A stretch of 64,000 nt of DNA from Chrysemys picta bellii (Eukaryota), in assembly GCF_011386835.1 (NCBI RefSeq), contig NC_088792.1:287556001-287620000 (forward strand), written 5' to 3'. Position 1 is the first letter of the stretch. Every line of letters begins with the position of its first letter. A model generated the notes under the pieces. That model saw nothing but the letters and a program-made list of their open reading frames with translations. It was not told the origin of the DNA and searched no databases. A program made the translations under genes and the position numbers. Shown one piece after another: positions 1 to 12,103 of the stretch.

Positions 1-1010
1 TGCTGCTGGATCGGAGCTATGCTTGCACTGCCTCTTCGCCCCACAGACGGAGAAGATCCACCACCTCCTGTATACTCCAGGCTGGAAAGTGTTTGGAGGG
101 TGGAGCTGCCATGATCAGTTGTGCAGCCAAGCTCTCCATGCCAAAAAACAGAAATGGAAATTGAAAAGTTCAGTCCTTTAACAAGGGAGGGGCTGTTTCC
201 TGTGTACCTAGCTACTGGGCAGTGGAGTTGAAAACATTTACCAGAGTGGTCATTCTTCCGCTGTACTGTGCGCTGGTTAGGCCTCAACTGGAGTATTGTG
301 TCCAGTTCAGGGCACCGCATTTCAAGAAAGATGTGGAGAAATTGGAGAGGGTCCAGAGAAGAGCAACAAGAATGATTAAAGGTCTTGAGAACATGACCTA
401 TGAAGGAAGGCTGAAAGAATTGGGTTTGTTTAGTTTGGAAAAGAGAAGACTGAGAGGGGACATGATAGCAGTTTTCAGGTATCTAAAAGGGTGTCCTAAG
501 GAGGAGGGAGAAAATGTGTTCACCTTAGCCTCTAAGGATAGAACAAGAAGCAATGGGCTTAAACTGCAGCAAGGAAGGTTTAGGTTGGACATTAGGAAAA
601 AGTTCCTAACTGTCGGGGTGGTTAAACACTGGAATATATTGCCTAGGGAAGTTGTGGCATATCCATCTCTGGAGTAGGTTAGATAAATGTCTATCAGGGA
701 TGGTCTAGACAGTATTTGGTCCTGCCATGCGGGCAGGGGACTGGACTTGATGACCTCTCGAGGTCCCTTCCAGTCCTAGAATCTATGAATCTATGGTCAC
801 AGTAGAGCATTGTGGGACACCTCTTGGAGGACAATTAGCAACACAGTGTCTATGCTGCCTCTACGTCAACCTAACAACATTGAATTAAGCGCTGCGCCTC
901 TCGTGGAGGTGTAGCAATTCAGTCGATGTAACAGGCGCGTTTCGTTGGCAGAAGGGACCTGGTAAGTAAGGCAGCTTACGTTGACCTAACTGTGTCGTGT
1001 AGACCAGGCC
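1..1010. mobile_element. Non-autonomous Harbinger/PIF-type element; left end outside the window; split by a CR1 insertion at 253-793
   Basis: Ends in gtgtagaccaggcc (~997-1010), the same terminus type as the Harbinger MITEs at 57077 and 57406. The sequence resumes across the CR1 (ccagagtggtca ... tggtcacagtagagc). Confidence 0.65.
253..793 (+). mobile_element. CR1 LINE, 5'-truncated (RT C-terminus and 3' UTR)
   Basis: ORF 222-677 encodes [16 protein letters not shown]...[11 protein letters not shown] (CR1 ORF2 C-terminus). Tail ccttccagtcctagaatctatgaatctat; 6-bp direct repeat tggtca at 247-252 and 794-799 (TSD). Confidence 0.95.
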
Positions 1011-2238
1011 AGAGACTCATTCAGCAGCTGCCAGAGCCCAGTTGGGTGGCGGGTGGGTGAATCCCAAATCTTTGAATGTGGAATTGCCTCCCTAGATATC
1101 AGCAGACCCCTTCCAGTTTTTTATAGGGAATAGTGCTATTTCTATGGCATGAGTTGGGGTATGAGGGTACTCTGAGCCAGCATGGGCAGTGCAGGTTGGC
1201 TGAGGCAGATGACGGGGAAGGAGTGGGCTGGGGAATAAATGCAATAAGCTTTTGTACTGTTAGTCTGTTTGCACATTCTACTAGTTGAGTATAAGAGGAG
1301 GAATCTCTAGTAGGAATATGACTGTAAGTCCAGCAGGGCAGGGCCGGGGCTCACTTCCTTTGCCTGGTCCGGTGGGGCCCTGATCCTGATTGGTAGTTCC
1401 TAGAGATCCCATAATATAAATGTCAAATATTAATAATAACCAGGAACAGTCTCGTCTCTTCTTCTTTCCCTCTCTCTCGACCTGGGTAACAGTTGGCACT
1501 GGATAGCCCTCCTGGAAGGGAGCCAGACTAGCCCTCTCAGGTATGACTCACGTGCTGGGTAATGGCTAACGCAGAGAACCTGTGAAACCTGGCACTGAGC
1601 CTCTGGCACATGAGCGAGTAGCTAGAAGCCTGGCTAATGTTCTCACACTTGCCAAATCTACTCTTTCCAGGGAAATTAGAGAGAGATTTGCCCTTTCTAC
1701 AAGGAAATGTACTGTTTTGATACATGGTTTGGTGCAAGAGCATTTCACATGAAATCAGCATGATTTGTGTTAATAGCCCTGATACTAGGATATGTTAGTT
1801 ATGTTCTGTTTCCCAGACTCCTCTCGTAAACTAATATGTCCAAGTCAGATTCCCCAGGCTTGCATGCATTTCTACAGAATTTTCTCTTCAGCATTTGAAA
1901 TGTTCTAAGAGACCATTTAGGGCTGCCTTGATATTGCTGAGTTTGTGCTTAGGGTTAAAGAGCAGACGCGTATTGCAAGAATTATGGGAATACAGTTTTT
2001 TTGGATCAGTGACTTTGTTGAACTTTCCAGCTTTTGTAAGAGCACAGCTAGGAAGTTATTGGAAATGGTTTGGCTTTCTACATTTCCTTCTGACACCTTT
2101 TTAGTGCAACTTAACCACAAAAAGCATTCAATATAGTCTAATACTTATGACCATGAAAAATAGATTAGAAATAATACTATTGGAAATCTGGCTTGAAAGG
2201 TTACCCTGTGGCATGTTGTATAATATATAGGTATACAC

Positions 2239-2548
2239 CAGGGGTCGGCAACCTTTCAGAAGTGGTGTGCCAAATCTTCATTTATTCACTCTGATTTAAG
2301 GTTTCGCGTGCCAGTCATACATTTTAGCCTTTTTAGAAGGTCTCTTTCTATAAGTCTATAATATATAACTAAACTGTTGTTGTATGTAAAGTAAATAAGG
2401 GTTTTAAAATGTTTAAGAAGCTTCATTTAAAATTAAATTAAAATGCAGAGCTCCCCGGAGTGGTGGCCAGGACCCGGGCAGTGTGAGTGCCACTGAAAAT
2501 CAGCTCATGTGGTCCTTTGGCACGCATGCCATAGGTTGCCTACCCGTG
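2239..2548. mobile_element. hAT-type MITE
   Basis: TIRs caggggtcggcaacct / aggttgcctacccgtg (14 of 16 match) with an AT-rich interior. No clean 8-bp TSD because a microsatellite abuts the right end. Confidence 0.75.
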
Positions 2549-2549
2549 G

Positions 2550-2551
<2 letters not shown>

Positions 2552-2596
<45 letters not shown>

Positions 2597-2610
2597 CACA
2601 CACACGCACA
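2552..2610. repeat. (GT)n microsatellite followed by a short (AC)n tract
   Basis: About 21 GT units at 2552-2594, then acacacacacgcac at 2596-2610. Confidence 0.95.
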
Positions 2611-2989
2611 TTCTAAAAGCTCCATAAATACCTTCAATTATCTCCCTGCACTGGCGTTTTGTTACACCTTTCCATTTTCTGTGTTATGTTGTATCTGTTC
2701 AGAATTTGATTTTACAATACTATCTTCTGACAAGTATGTGTGTTTATCCCAGCTCAGAGCGAGGCCATTGATAGCTATTTTATTCATTTTCTTTAGAATT
2801 AAACAAAATTGACGCTGTCTAAATACACACAGGAACATGTGGCTACATGGATTATCATTGTTACCTCTGTTCTTCCTTCCCTGGTCTGACCAGCTGTTTT
2901 ATTTCACCCACTTGTTGCATCTTGTTCTTAGGCTGTAATTTCCTCAGATCAGGGACCATTTGTGTTTGAACAGCCCGTGGGAAAATGGT

Positions 2990-3120
2990 GGTGTCTAATG
3001 TACTGGAGTTGGGACCCTGGGGACTTCGGTTCAGTTCCTGGCTGTGGCAAGAGACTAAATGTGTGGCCTCAGGCAAGTCACTTAATCTCTTTCCCCATGT
3101 GTAAAATGAAGATATTTCCG
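2990..3120 (+). mobile_element. Old MIR/CORE-like SINE fragment
   Basis: Contains ggcaagtcacttaatctc...tgtaaaatga, typical of the CORE-SINE central domain; degenerate. Confidence 0.55.
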
Positions 3121-6100
3121 TACCTCATAGCAGTACTGAGGAAAGAACTGGTAAGTGCTCACAAAATACAGTGCCCTGCATAAGTACCTAGAGTCTGATA
3201 TGGGTTCTCTGGGCACTACCATAATACTAATTTTATTATATTGATTGTATGGAACAGGAAAAGTGAGCCAATTTGATAGTTTGTCCAAGGTCCTGTAGAA
3301 AGTGTGTAAAGGACAGGAGACTCCTACTGTATTTAGCACGTACGTGGTACTTAGAAGGGCAATGAGCTGCCATCTCCTTCAATGTGTGTTTGGTCTCAGG
3401 AGAGTAGGGAACTGCTGAGAGGTTAAAGTGTGCAATCAATGGTTCCATGTTCAAGGCTCTTACCGATGCATATAAGCCCTCCTTCTTCCCTTAGAGGAAA
3501 AATATTCTACAATCGTGTCTGATTTTTATCAAACTGACAAATTAAATGACAGATTTCTCCCCAACTGTGCTGAACCGTTGGGTTCTGTGCCTGGGTAAGA
3601 GGTGTGCTGTAGAAGTGATTTATAATAACCGCATATGGCTAGGTTTGAATGTGGAGAACAGGCACTTCCCATCAGTTCAGTTCTGGTTTTGCATGCACTT
3701 GTTTGAGGAGTGAGTTGCTTTTCTCATATCCTGTCACCTGTTCTGGCAGCAAAATGGGGGAAGGGGCCCCAGCCCCCCACTCTCCACATGTGGCTTGTTT
3801 TGCACAGAGATCCAGGCTGCAGTTATAAATCTGCCTTTATAATGCTGAGAAAAGTGGAAGTGCTCTGCTTTTTGCAAACTGCACCTTTCCTTCTGTTCCC
3901 CTTATGAGCTTATTGTGTTTGGATGATGTCATTTTTATGCTTATCTTTTTGCTTCCTCAAAGAGCTTCCATCACTTGTTTTTTTTTTATAATAGATTAAT
4001 GTAGTAAATCTTACCATGCCACTAGCAAGGGTAATGCTTTGTAACATGGGGTTATCTGATATTAATGTGGGGGGGGGGAGAGGAGGCTTAGGGTGTTTTA
4101 TTTTTAATATCCACCTGGGGTCAGGTGGAAGGGGATCCTCCCCAATCCAACAACATAGACATGAGAACTCTAAATGCATGAAAACACTTTGTCTACACAA
4201 CTTAGTTTAAAAGTTTAATAAGTTTCAGACTAAAAAAATTAATGATGAATTGTTTAGTTAGTAGCTCCACTAGCTGATGGAGACAAATTGCACTGGCTTT
4301 ATCTTCAGTCTTCTACCATACACTCCTCCCTCTTAGCATGCACTAACATTACTGCAGACTGTCGTCCTAGCTCACTGGCACATAGGAGGAAGTAACTTTC
4401 CACCCATTATTCCAAGTGCAGCAGTGATGATAAATCAAGGGATGTCAGGAGGCTAACAGGTGGCAAATTTTTCTTGCTTCAAAAGGCAGTGGGAATCCAC
4501 CTGTTTTGAGCAGCTGGAATTTTCAGCCCTGGTTCCTCTTAGACTGCAGAGGAGCGGCTATGAGTAGGAGAATTTTCATGTAATATGAAAATGGTAGCCT
4601 CTTGGTGCCCATGGAAAGTTCAGTCTGTGGTTGCTCTGTGTGATCACACAGACAGGTGCTTAATCTTAGTAACAAAGAACTATTGAATCATGGCTGTGAT
4701 TGGTTCATGCTTACTCCTATGCTAGTATGTCCAGAGGAAGGATGTGCATTTTTCTTCAGACCCCAGGTGATGTCTATTCCCTTATACTTCCCCCAAATCT
4801 CTGATCACGCTATAGCTTAATAATGTATACTCTTCAGATCACTTGCCCTTCCTTGTGCACTTTTATTGCCCATATTCAAGGAAGCTTCACCAGAGAGACT
4901 GGCTCCCTTTATTTGTGCAGTCACCATCCTTAGTAAATTAGTAAATATTTTCACTGTTAGCGCTTTCTTGGTTTCCACTGCTTTCCAGAGATTTCCCAAC
5001 TGAAAGCTGTTCATCACAGGCATTTTGTGCAGGAGCAAGCAGTCATCTGAGTGTTGGTACACACAGTAAATCTGGTCCATCATGGACGTTTTTAAGGTTG
5101 CAATTTTAATATTTTTTTCTGATTTACAATGGCTCACTCTAGTTTCCTTCACGTTGAGGAGTCTGTGAAATCGGCAGAATGGTAATGGCATTTCACAAAG
5201 CTGTCTGCATTGTTTGTCCTCATATATCAACTTGAGTTGACAAATCATGAAAAATAAAGTTGATCCATCATGTCATATGTGTGGGGGCTTAGGTTTGTTA
5301 TCTTGTTTGTGGAATCTGTCCCCCTCTACCACTACTCCAAATGCCTGATGTTTATCTCAAAACTTAAATGTTAAGCTCTCTGTGGCAGGGCCCATGTCTT
5401 GTGACTGTAAGTCACCAGGCATTCTTATAGAGCTGTATAAATAACATACTGTAATAGCGGGTAACTACCCCTTCACTACTATTGTCTGCTGACTATGCCA
5501 TTGTCCACCTTCTGTGGTATCTCTCTGGGTAAGAATCCCAGCTTTTCCCATTCCTTCTTTTATGACCATTAATTACCAGTCAATCCTGCACTCCACTTAC
5601 CTGTTTTCTCTTCCACTAAGGTTTTGCCTTTCTTCCTTCCTTCCTGGGTCAGACAGCCAACACTTTTCCTCAGTACCAGGTTGAATCCAAACTAGTTGCA
5701 TTTATACTAGGTGCCCTTTATTGGAGAGAAAAATAGGACACGGGAGAAAAGAATGTACTTGATTTCATTCAGACAGAGGCTGCACAGAGCCTTGCAGAGC
5801 AGACTAGATGACTTTGTTACAAGGGTCAAAAGTTGGCAGCTGTGACCTTGCATGTCAGAATCTATGTCCGCTCCTTTTGCTTTCTTCCTTTCTCTCTCCC
5901 CCAGTACATGGCCTGCTGCCAAGGAGCGAGCTGGTCTATCTGTCCTCTCAGTAGCTCAGTTCTCCTCCTGGAAGTGGCTGGCTCCCTTTAATGAGGCTAA
6001 TCTACTTTTTCTAAAGGCTCCCCCGACTTTGGTGTTGAGGGGTATTACTCCCCCAATACACACTGGTCCAGTGGGTCTGAGACCTTGTTTAGTCACCCTA

Positions 6101-6329
6101 AGGGAATTTTCCTGTACAGTACAACCTGCAATTTCTTCCTAAAGTGTCAGTATATCAAATCTCACAAGAATAAAAATACATAGGAAAGGCTAATTTATAT
6201 GTCCGGGCATAGCCAAGTGTCACAACCAATAAAGGATATGGCAGATAAAGATCTTTCTAAATAAATGGTTTGCTAGAGAAGTTTAAATGTCTCAGTGTGC
6301 ACACAGAACAGGGGTGACTGGTGCAGGAA

Positions 6330-6413
6330 GCCAGACCCTCGGCTGATGTAAACCATTGTAGCTCCATTGAACTCAGTGGAGCTCTGCCAGTTTACATCAG
6401 TTGAGGATCTGGC
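6330..6413. mobile_element. Short palindromic (hairpin) MITE-like element
   Basis: gccagaccctcggctgatgtaaac...agctccattga / tcagtggagct...gtttacatcagttgaggatctggc: arms of about 41 nt that are imperfect reverse complements. Confidence 0.7.
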
Positions 6414-6711
6414 CCCACATATCTAAAATGGGAAGACTTCTCTTTCACGGCTAGTATTGGCTGCTGGGGCATTCAAAAGCCAGTGTTCCATCAAATGCTG
6501 GCCCATCGTATGGGAGTTTGCATGGGGCTTGATCCTGCCCATGTATCTGGTCCATCAGGAAGCACTGAGCGGCTTTAACTGAAGCTGTACGCTGCTGAGT
6601 TGAACCAATAGATGGCATGGAGGTTAAAATGCCTGTGCCTTGCCTACACTAGTGCTTCCACTGGGGTGCTAGAGCAGCAGTGGGGAATTGGCAGAGAAAT
6701 GTTTGTGCAAA

Positions 6712-6886
6712 TGTAACCCACACACCACTGGGTGTGGTGTTCTGGCCCATCTATGGGCACTGAGATCACTTGGGGAGAGAGAGAGAAAATGGGTCTGCTC
6801 TACAGCCTTAGCTAACAGACGGTTGGCTTCTAGTTCATGTGGTAGAAGCTCAAGAGGCCCCAGGTTCGATCCCACCTGCTGTTACA
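6712..6886 (+). mobile_element. Solo-LTR/TRIM-like element carrying tRNA-type Pol III boxes
   Basis: Termini tgtaac...gttaca (TG...CA, 6-bp inverted repeat); 4-bp direct repeat caaa at 6708-6711 and 6887-6890. A-box-like tagttcatgtggta at 6831-6844; B box ggttcgatccc at 6863-6873. Confidence 0.65.
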
Positions 6887-7424
6887 CAAACAAGACCTTA
6901 TTGGCTGGGAACTCCACTGGCATTTCCCAGTTTGCTCAGTTGATGGCTTCACTCCAGCCATCTTAGTGGTCATTTTTCTGAGAAATTCTAAGTGACTGAT
7001 CCTGCAGCCTTTTTTTTTTTTTTTTTTTGTAGAATTGCAAAAGCGATTTGTTCACACTGGGAAGATTGCAATGGGCTTGTTGCTTCCGTTTCAATCACAT
7101 TGATTTTCTGGGTCACAGCTTGTTCAACCTATTTTGGCGTACGGCTCAGAGTTCAAATAGTTCCACCCAAGTGCTTTACTTTCCCAATAAGTGGTAATGT
7201 GCTGCTATTAATAGTAGGACACCAATTGACCCTCCTCAGAAAAAGGCAAAATAACATTAGATTTTTAAAACGTACTGTTGGCAAGGTCCAGTGATCATTT
7301 TAAAAGTGAAACTGACTCTGAGTTTTTTTTTTTTTAAATGATTTTAGAATATGTGAAATGCACAAAACATTTAGATAGTGTTAATTGGAGCTGAGGTTCC
7401 AGTTGTGGTCTAGGGGAGCAGCAG

Positions 7425-7500
7425 GTAGCATTGAGCGCTAGGTGCTGTACAAACACAGATGAAGACACTGTCCCTGCCCCAAATAGTTTACAGCTGAAGT
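7425..7500 (-). mobile_element. L2-type 3' tail fragment
   Basis: gcgctaggtgctgtacaaacacag...gtccctgccccaaatagtttaca is the reverse complement of the L2-like tail seen on the + strand at about 60930-61050. Confidence 0.5.
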
Positions 7501-9293
7501 CATGTCATTCTGATGCATAGGATAATGGGTCAAATCTTGCAACATCTCTCAAAGGTGGGATGGGCCTGCTGGAAGGTTTCCTGTGGCTTAATGCACAGAA
7601 TGATAGCTCAATCATTTTACTCGGAGATAGTCAGATAAACCATACTGTGTAGGCTTATTCACAATCTATTAATTCAACAATTATGAAAATTGAGTGTACC
7701 AAGAGTGTGTAACTAATTACAAAAGGGTCTAGTTTGGCTAGAAATGTAGTTGGTCTTAAGAGATAGAAATGCATATACTCTTCATAGTGAAGTCCTTTCC
7801 CCCTAATTTGGTATCCCACTCTTTTTAAAATTTCAAGGGAGCTTTATGATGAACAAAACTACATAAAATTCCTCTTGTGAAAGGAAGTTTTATAAGACTG
7901 ATGTGTAGATACTATTTCTAGAGGCTTCAGGAAATGAGCATTGCTACATCTGGAGAATAATATGTTAGCTGGATTTTGGGTTTGTTCTAAGCCACTCTGT
8001 ATCCTTGATGTGTTGCACTGAAAAAATACTGGGAGCCATTTTGGGAACCCTGGGATCAGCCCTGCAAATCACTGCTTTCATGCAGATGTTTGATTTGTCT
8101 TCGCCTGTTTGTTATCTACTTTCTGGCAGCTTTTTAGACTTTCAGAGTTTAAAAGAGATAACGCCAGAGCTAACAGTCAATCTGTGAAGTTTGGATTGGG
8201 AGTATCAGGACTAGCCAATGGGCAGCTGAAACTTGGGGAGACTGATAAGAGGGGAGGAAATTGGATACAGTATCCTCTTTATAAAACTGTCCTTTGAAGC
8301 TGTTTTTTTGTATGTGTATTTACCCCTGTGTCCTCTGAGCTAGAATCAATGTAAAGATTACAAAGTCATCAATGTAAGGCAGGGGATGGAATGTGGAGAG
8401 CCTCACCATTGCTACAGTTCTGGCTTCCTCAACAGTTGCAATTGGTAAGGTAACATTAAGGATTTTTCAAATAGAGGAGTGTTATGGCTGCTTCTCCCCA
8501 TTTACTGGCACCTCTGTACCCTAACTCATTTTAGGAAAAGCAAGGTAGAAGTGCGTAAATGTGGGGATGTAAAGATGTATCCTGTGAGACAATGAAACTG
8601 GAGTGTAACTTTAGAAAGCTACTTAAAATATACATTAGAAGCGTGAAGTACAAGTAGAAATATTTTGGCTGGGGATTTTCATTTGTTAGAGCAAAACAAA
8701 GAATATCTGTTAGATCTGGGCCTTGAGTGGTACAGTGTAATTCTTCCTCAAAGCGTCTATTTTAATTTTGGTGACTCCATGTAGATTAGGTCCTATGGTT
8801 CTGCAAGAAAAACAGATAAGTTAGAACTGAAAAATACCTAGTCCAGTCTCTGTGCCAATTCAGTATTGTTCTCTACAGTATATTTTGTGTGATTGGTTGT
8901 ATAGCTAAATGTCTAGAGAGAGAGATGAGGATTTTAAGGAGAGACTCAGGAGGTTATTTGTTTCACCTGGAAATGTATGTGCTCCAAAGTTGTAGAAAAC
9001 TAGACATTTGAATAGCGTGCACTCTTGTTAGCTCTGAAATAAAAGATTGAGGGCTGGTTTTAGGGGCGTCCATAAGCATAGAAACAAAAGTAGGGTGGGA
9101 TCACCACCTCTTAGGGGGAGAATGAAGATCTTCAAATTAAGGTGAGGGAACCGAGGGTGCCACTGGACCAGATTTTAACATCCTAACCCTCAGAGATACC
9201 AGGGATGTTCTAGTAGTAGGGTCTTGTTTTCTGTTGTGCTTGTCATAAGATAAGGTGGCTTGCTGCACACATTTCCTGGAGCCTCAGGGTGCC

Positions 9294-10509
9294 TAGGGTT
9301 ACCATTCGTCCGGATTTACCCGGACATGTCCTCCTTTTTGTGCTAAAAATAGCGTCCGGGGGGAATTTGTAAAGCACTCACAATGTCCGGGATTTCCCCC
9401 CTCCCCCGGCAGAGCAGAGCGAGCGGCTGGGAGGGCTGCAGGAAAGTCCCGGGCTGGACTCCGGAGCAGCTGTAGAGGAGCCGGATCTGCCCTGCATTCT
9501 GAGCAAGTGTATCAGCACAAAGTGCAGCCCTCCCCTTTTGCAACTGGGAGCGGTTTCTGCCATGCAGCGTAGCAAAACGGGAGCGAGAGCACTTTGTGCT
9601 GATACAAGGGCAACTCTCCCCTGCAGCCCGGTCCGGCAGCACTGTGCAGGGCCAGGGACCGGGTTTTGTTGTGCTGGGGAGCGCAGCCACGTGTCCGGCT
9701 CGCACAGAGCCCAACACCCTGTTCTGAGCAGCAGGGTAAGGGGGCCAGGGGGCAGGAGAAGGGGCAGGGAGGTTCTGGAGGGGGCAGTCAAGAAACGGGG
9801 GGGGGCTTTTGGGGGGGAGTGGAGAAAGTTTTGGGCAGTCAGGATACAGGTAGGGGGTAGGGTCCTGGGGGGCAGTTGGGGGGGGGTCTTAGGAGGGGGC
9901 AGTTAGGGGACAAGGAACAGGGAGTCTTAGGTAGGGGGTGGGGTTCTGGAGGGCAGTTAGGAGCAGGGGTCCCAGGAGGGGGCAGTCAGGGGACAAGGAG
10001 CGGGGGGGTGGGGGACTGGGAGTTCTGGGGGGGAGCTGTCAGGGGGCAGGAGTGGGGAGAGGGATCGGAGCAGTCAGGGGACAGGGAGCAGAGGGGTTTA
10101 GATGGGTTGGGAGTTCTGGGGAGGCTGTCAGGGGGCAGGAGTGCGGAGAGGGATCGGAGCAGTCAGGGGACAGGGAGCAGAGGGGTTTAGATGGGTTGGG
10201 AGTTCTGGGGGGGGGCTGTCAGGGGGTGGGGAGTGGTTGGATGGGGCGTGGGAGTCCCAGGGGTCTGTCTGGGGGTGGGGGTGTGGATAAGGGTTGGGGC
10301 AGTCAGGGGACAAGAGGCAGGGAGGCTTAGATAGGGCGTGGAGTCCTGGGGGGCAGTTAGGGGCAGGGGTCCCAGGAGGGGGCAGTCAGGGGACAAGGAA
10401 CGGGGGAGGGTTGGGGGTTCTGGGGGGCGGGAAGTGAGAGGGGCAGGGGCGGGGCTAGGGCGGGGCTCCTCCCGTCCTCTTTTTTGCTTGCTGAAATATG
10501 GTAACCCTA
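9294..10509. mobile_element. Non-autonomous hAT element with a G-rich tandem-repeat interior
   Basis: Perfect 12-bp TIR tagggttaccat / atggtaacccta; perfect 8-bp TSD agggtgcc at 9286-9293 and 10510-10517; repeated subterminal tccgg motifs; no transposase ORF. Confidence 0.92.
10018..10230 (+). repeat. G-rich tandem repeat of about 90 bp (a little over 2 copies) within a larger G-run region (~9740-10470)
   Basis: gggagttctgggg recurs at 10018, 10109 and 10198, with near-identical intervening sequence (gggatcggagcagtcaggggacagggagcagaggggtttagatgggtt). Confidence 0.85.
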
Positions 10510-11811
10510 AGGGTGCCTGCCTTTTGTGTTCTGACTTTCTCGACACTGACTGGTAGTCACAGAAATCTCTCACTATGGTTGATATGAAATGATACGTTTG
10601 GTTAAAGCAGGAGGACACATTTGTTCCCTTACCTTGTTGATGCGCTTGTCTAGACATCATGTGTACATGAGTCAGATGCAAGGCAATGGCAACAAATCTT
10701 ACTCCAGCAGTAAAACCTATATAACTCATATTCCTTAAGTTAAATTTCATGGGTTTCCTGTAAGTTTTTCTTCAGAATTAGCCCATGACTGGTTAGGATC
10801 TTCAGGTTGTTTGCACTGGTTTTAAGTTCTTCAATCAAACTTAGAGATGCTTTTGTCCTCTCCAAAGTGGTCTTTTCAAGTGGCTGATGCAAGGTCTTTC
10901 CAGTTGGGGCAGTGTTAGGAAACTGCATCCTTCAGGCTTTTGCTGTGTTGGTTGCGATTTAAATACCTAGAGTGAAACTCTAAATCAACATTTGGGGAAA
11001 TAAGCTATTTTTGAGGTTATTCTGTTTTGTGAAGGTCTGAACAAGGCAATTCTGCTATATTCCCTAATGTCAAAGGGGTCCAAGATGAGACCTGGAAGGC
11101 TTATAGCCCTATGAAGAAATATGCTATTGGCACTTGCAGGTTTTGGCTTTTAGAAATGCTGAACCAAGAGACTGGCTAACTAGGCAAGATGTGTGGGTGT
11201 GAAAACTTCTCTCTGAAATACTTCAAGTGAACTATCTAGGGCACTTATGTACGTGTAACCCACCCTGTCATATATGGAGTAAGTATAAGGGCATCAGTCA
11301 AGAATCAAATATAGTGTCATTGGGGTTAAAAACAATATTCTCTAGGTTGCAAATCTCTCCATGTTTACATTTGTAGAAAACAAAAAATGCAATAATCAGT
11401 TGATTTAGCAGTGTATTCGTCTGACCAATGAGATCATGAGGATTCAGACAGCTTGCAGTGCCTTTACAATTCTGCAGTGTATGTCCCTACCTGTGCCTAA
11501 TTTCCCCAAAGTCACTGTGTGAGCCAGGTGGGATGTGGAAAGCAGCATTTCTCGAATGCTTGCTGGTAGTTTGCAGAGAGCCAGCCAATCCACATGGTGC
11601 TGCCCTTCTTGCCTCTTTTCAGCTGCCAAATTCCACTAAGAGAACTAAAAATACACTGGGAAAGTAATGTTCATTTTCCGTGTAACAAATTGTCGTTTAT
11701 GTGACTGAGGAGGAAGGGAGGTGGTCTGTGTGATTGCAAACTGGAGGGGAGCTGCCCATGACGGTCTCTAAGTTGCGTCCATGCTTTTAAAAAGTAATAT
11801 CTGATCTGAAG

Positions 11812-12000
11812 AAAGAACAGGAGTACTTGTGGCACCTTAGAGACTAACAAATTTATTAGAGCATAAGCTTTCGTGGACCTGTAGTAGTCCACTACAGGTC
11901 CACGAAAGCTTATGCTCTAATAAATTTGTTAGTCTCTAAGGTGCCACAAGTACTCCTGTTCTTTTTGCGGATACAGACTAACACAGCTGCTACTCTGAAG
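11812..12000. mobile_element. Penelope-like (PLE) terminal fragment with a fold-back palindrome
   Basis: gtggcaccttagagactaac...gcataagctttcgtgg terminus as in the other PLE copies in this window. Perfect 74-bp arms at 11812-11885 and 11891-11964; tctgaag duplicated at 11805-11811 and 11994-12000. Confidence 0.85.
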
Positions 12001-12103
12001 TCTGTCTGTAGTTCATCATGGGCATACTCAGCATAGCAAATCCACTCCCATAGTTACAGAACATCCTCATTTGCATAGCTGCTATCATACTAGTAATATG
12101 ATA

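Noticed and set aside
9343-10750. Gly- or Pro-rich ORFs of 100-190 aa (also 12155-12758 and 55412-56038)
   Set aside because: They arise from GC-skewed repeat interiors that are poor in stop codons, with open frames on both strands and no recognisable domain.
11891-11920. Active hammerhead ribozyme (also 25234-25265, 15450-15500, 54731-54775)
   Set aside because: The GAAA/stem III/NUH half is present in the two palindromes, but the CUGANGA core is missing. In the 15377 copy the core is truncated and in the 54683 copy it is mutated; both also read AAAA for GAAA.
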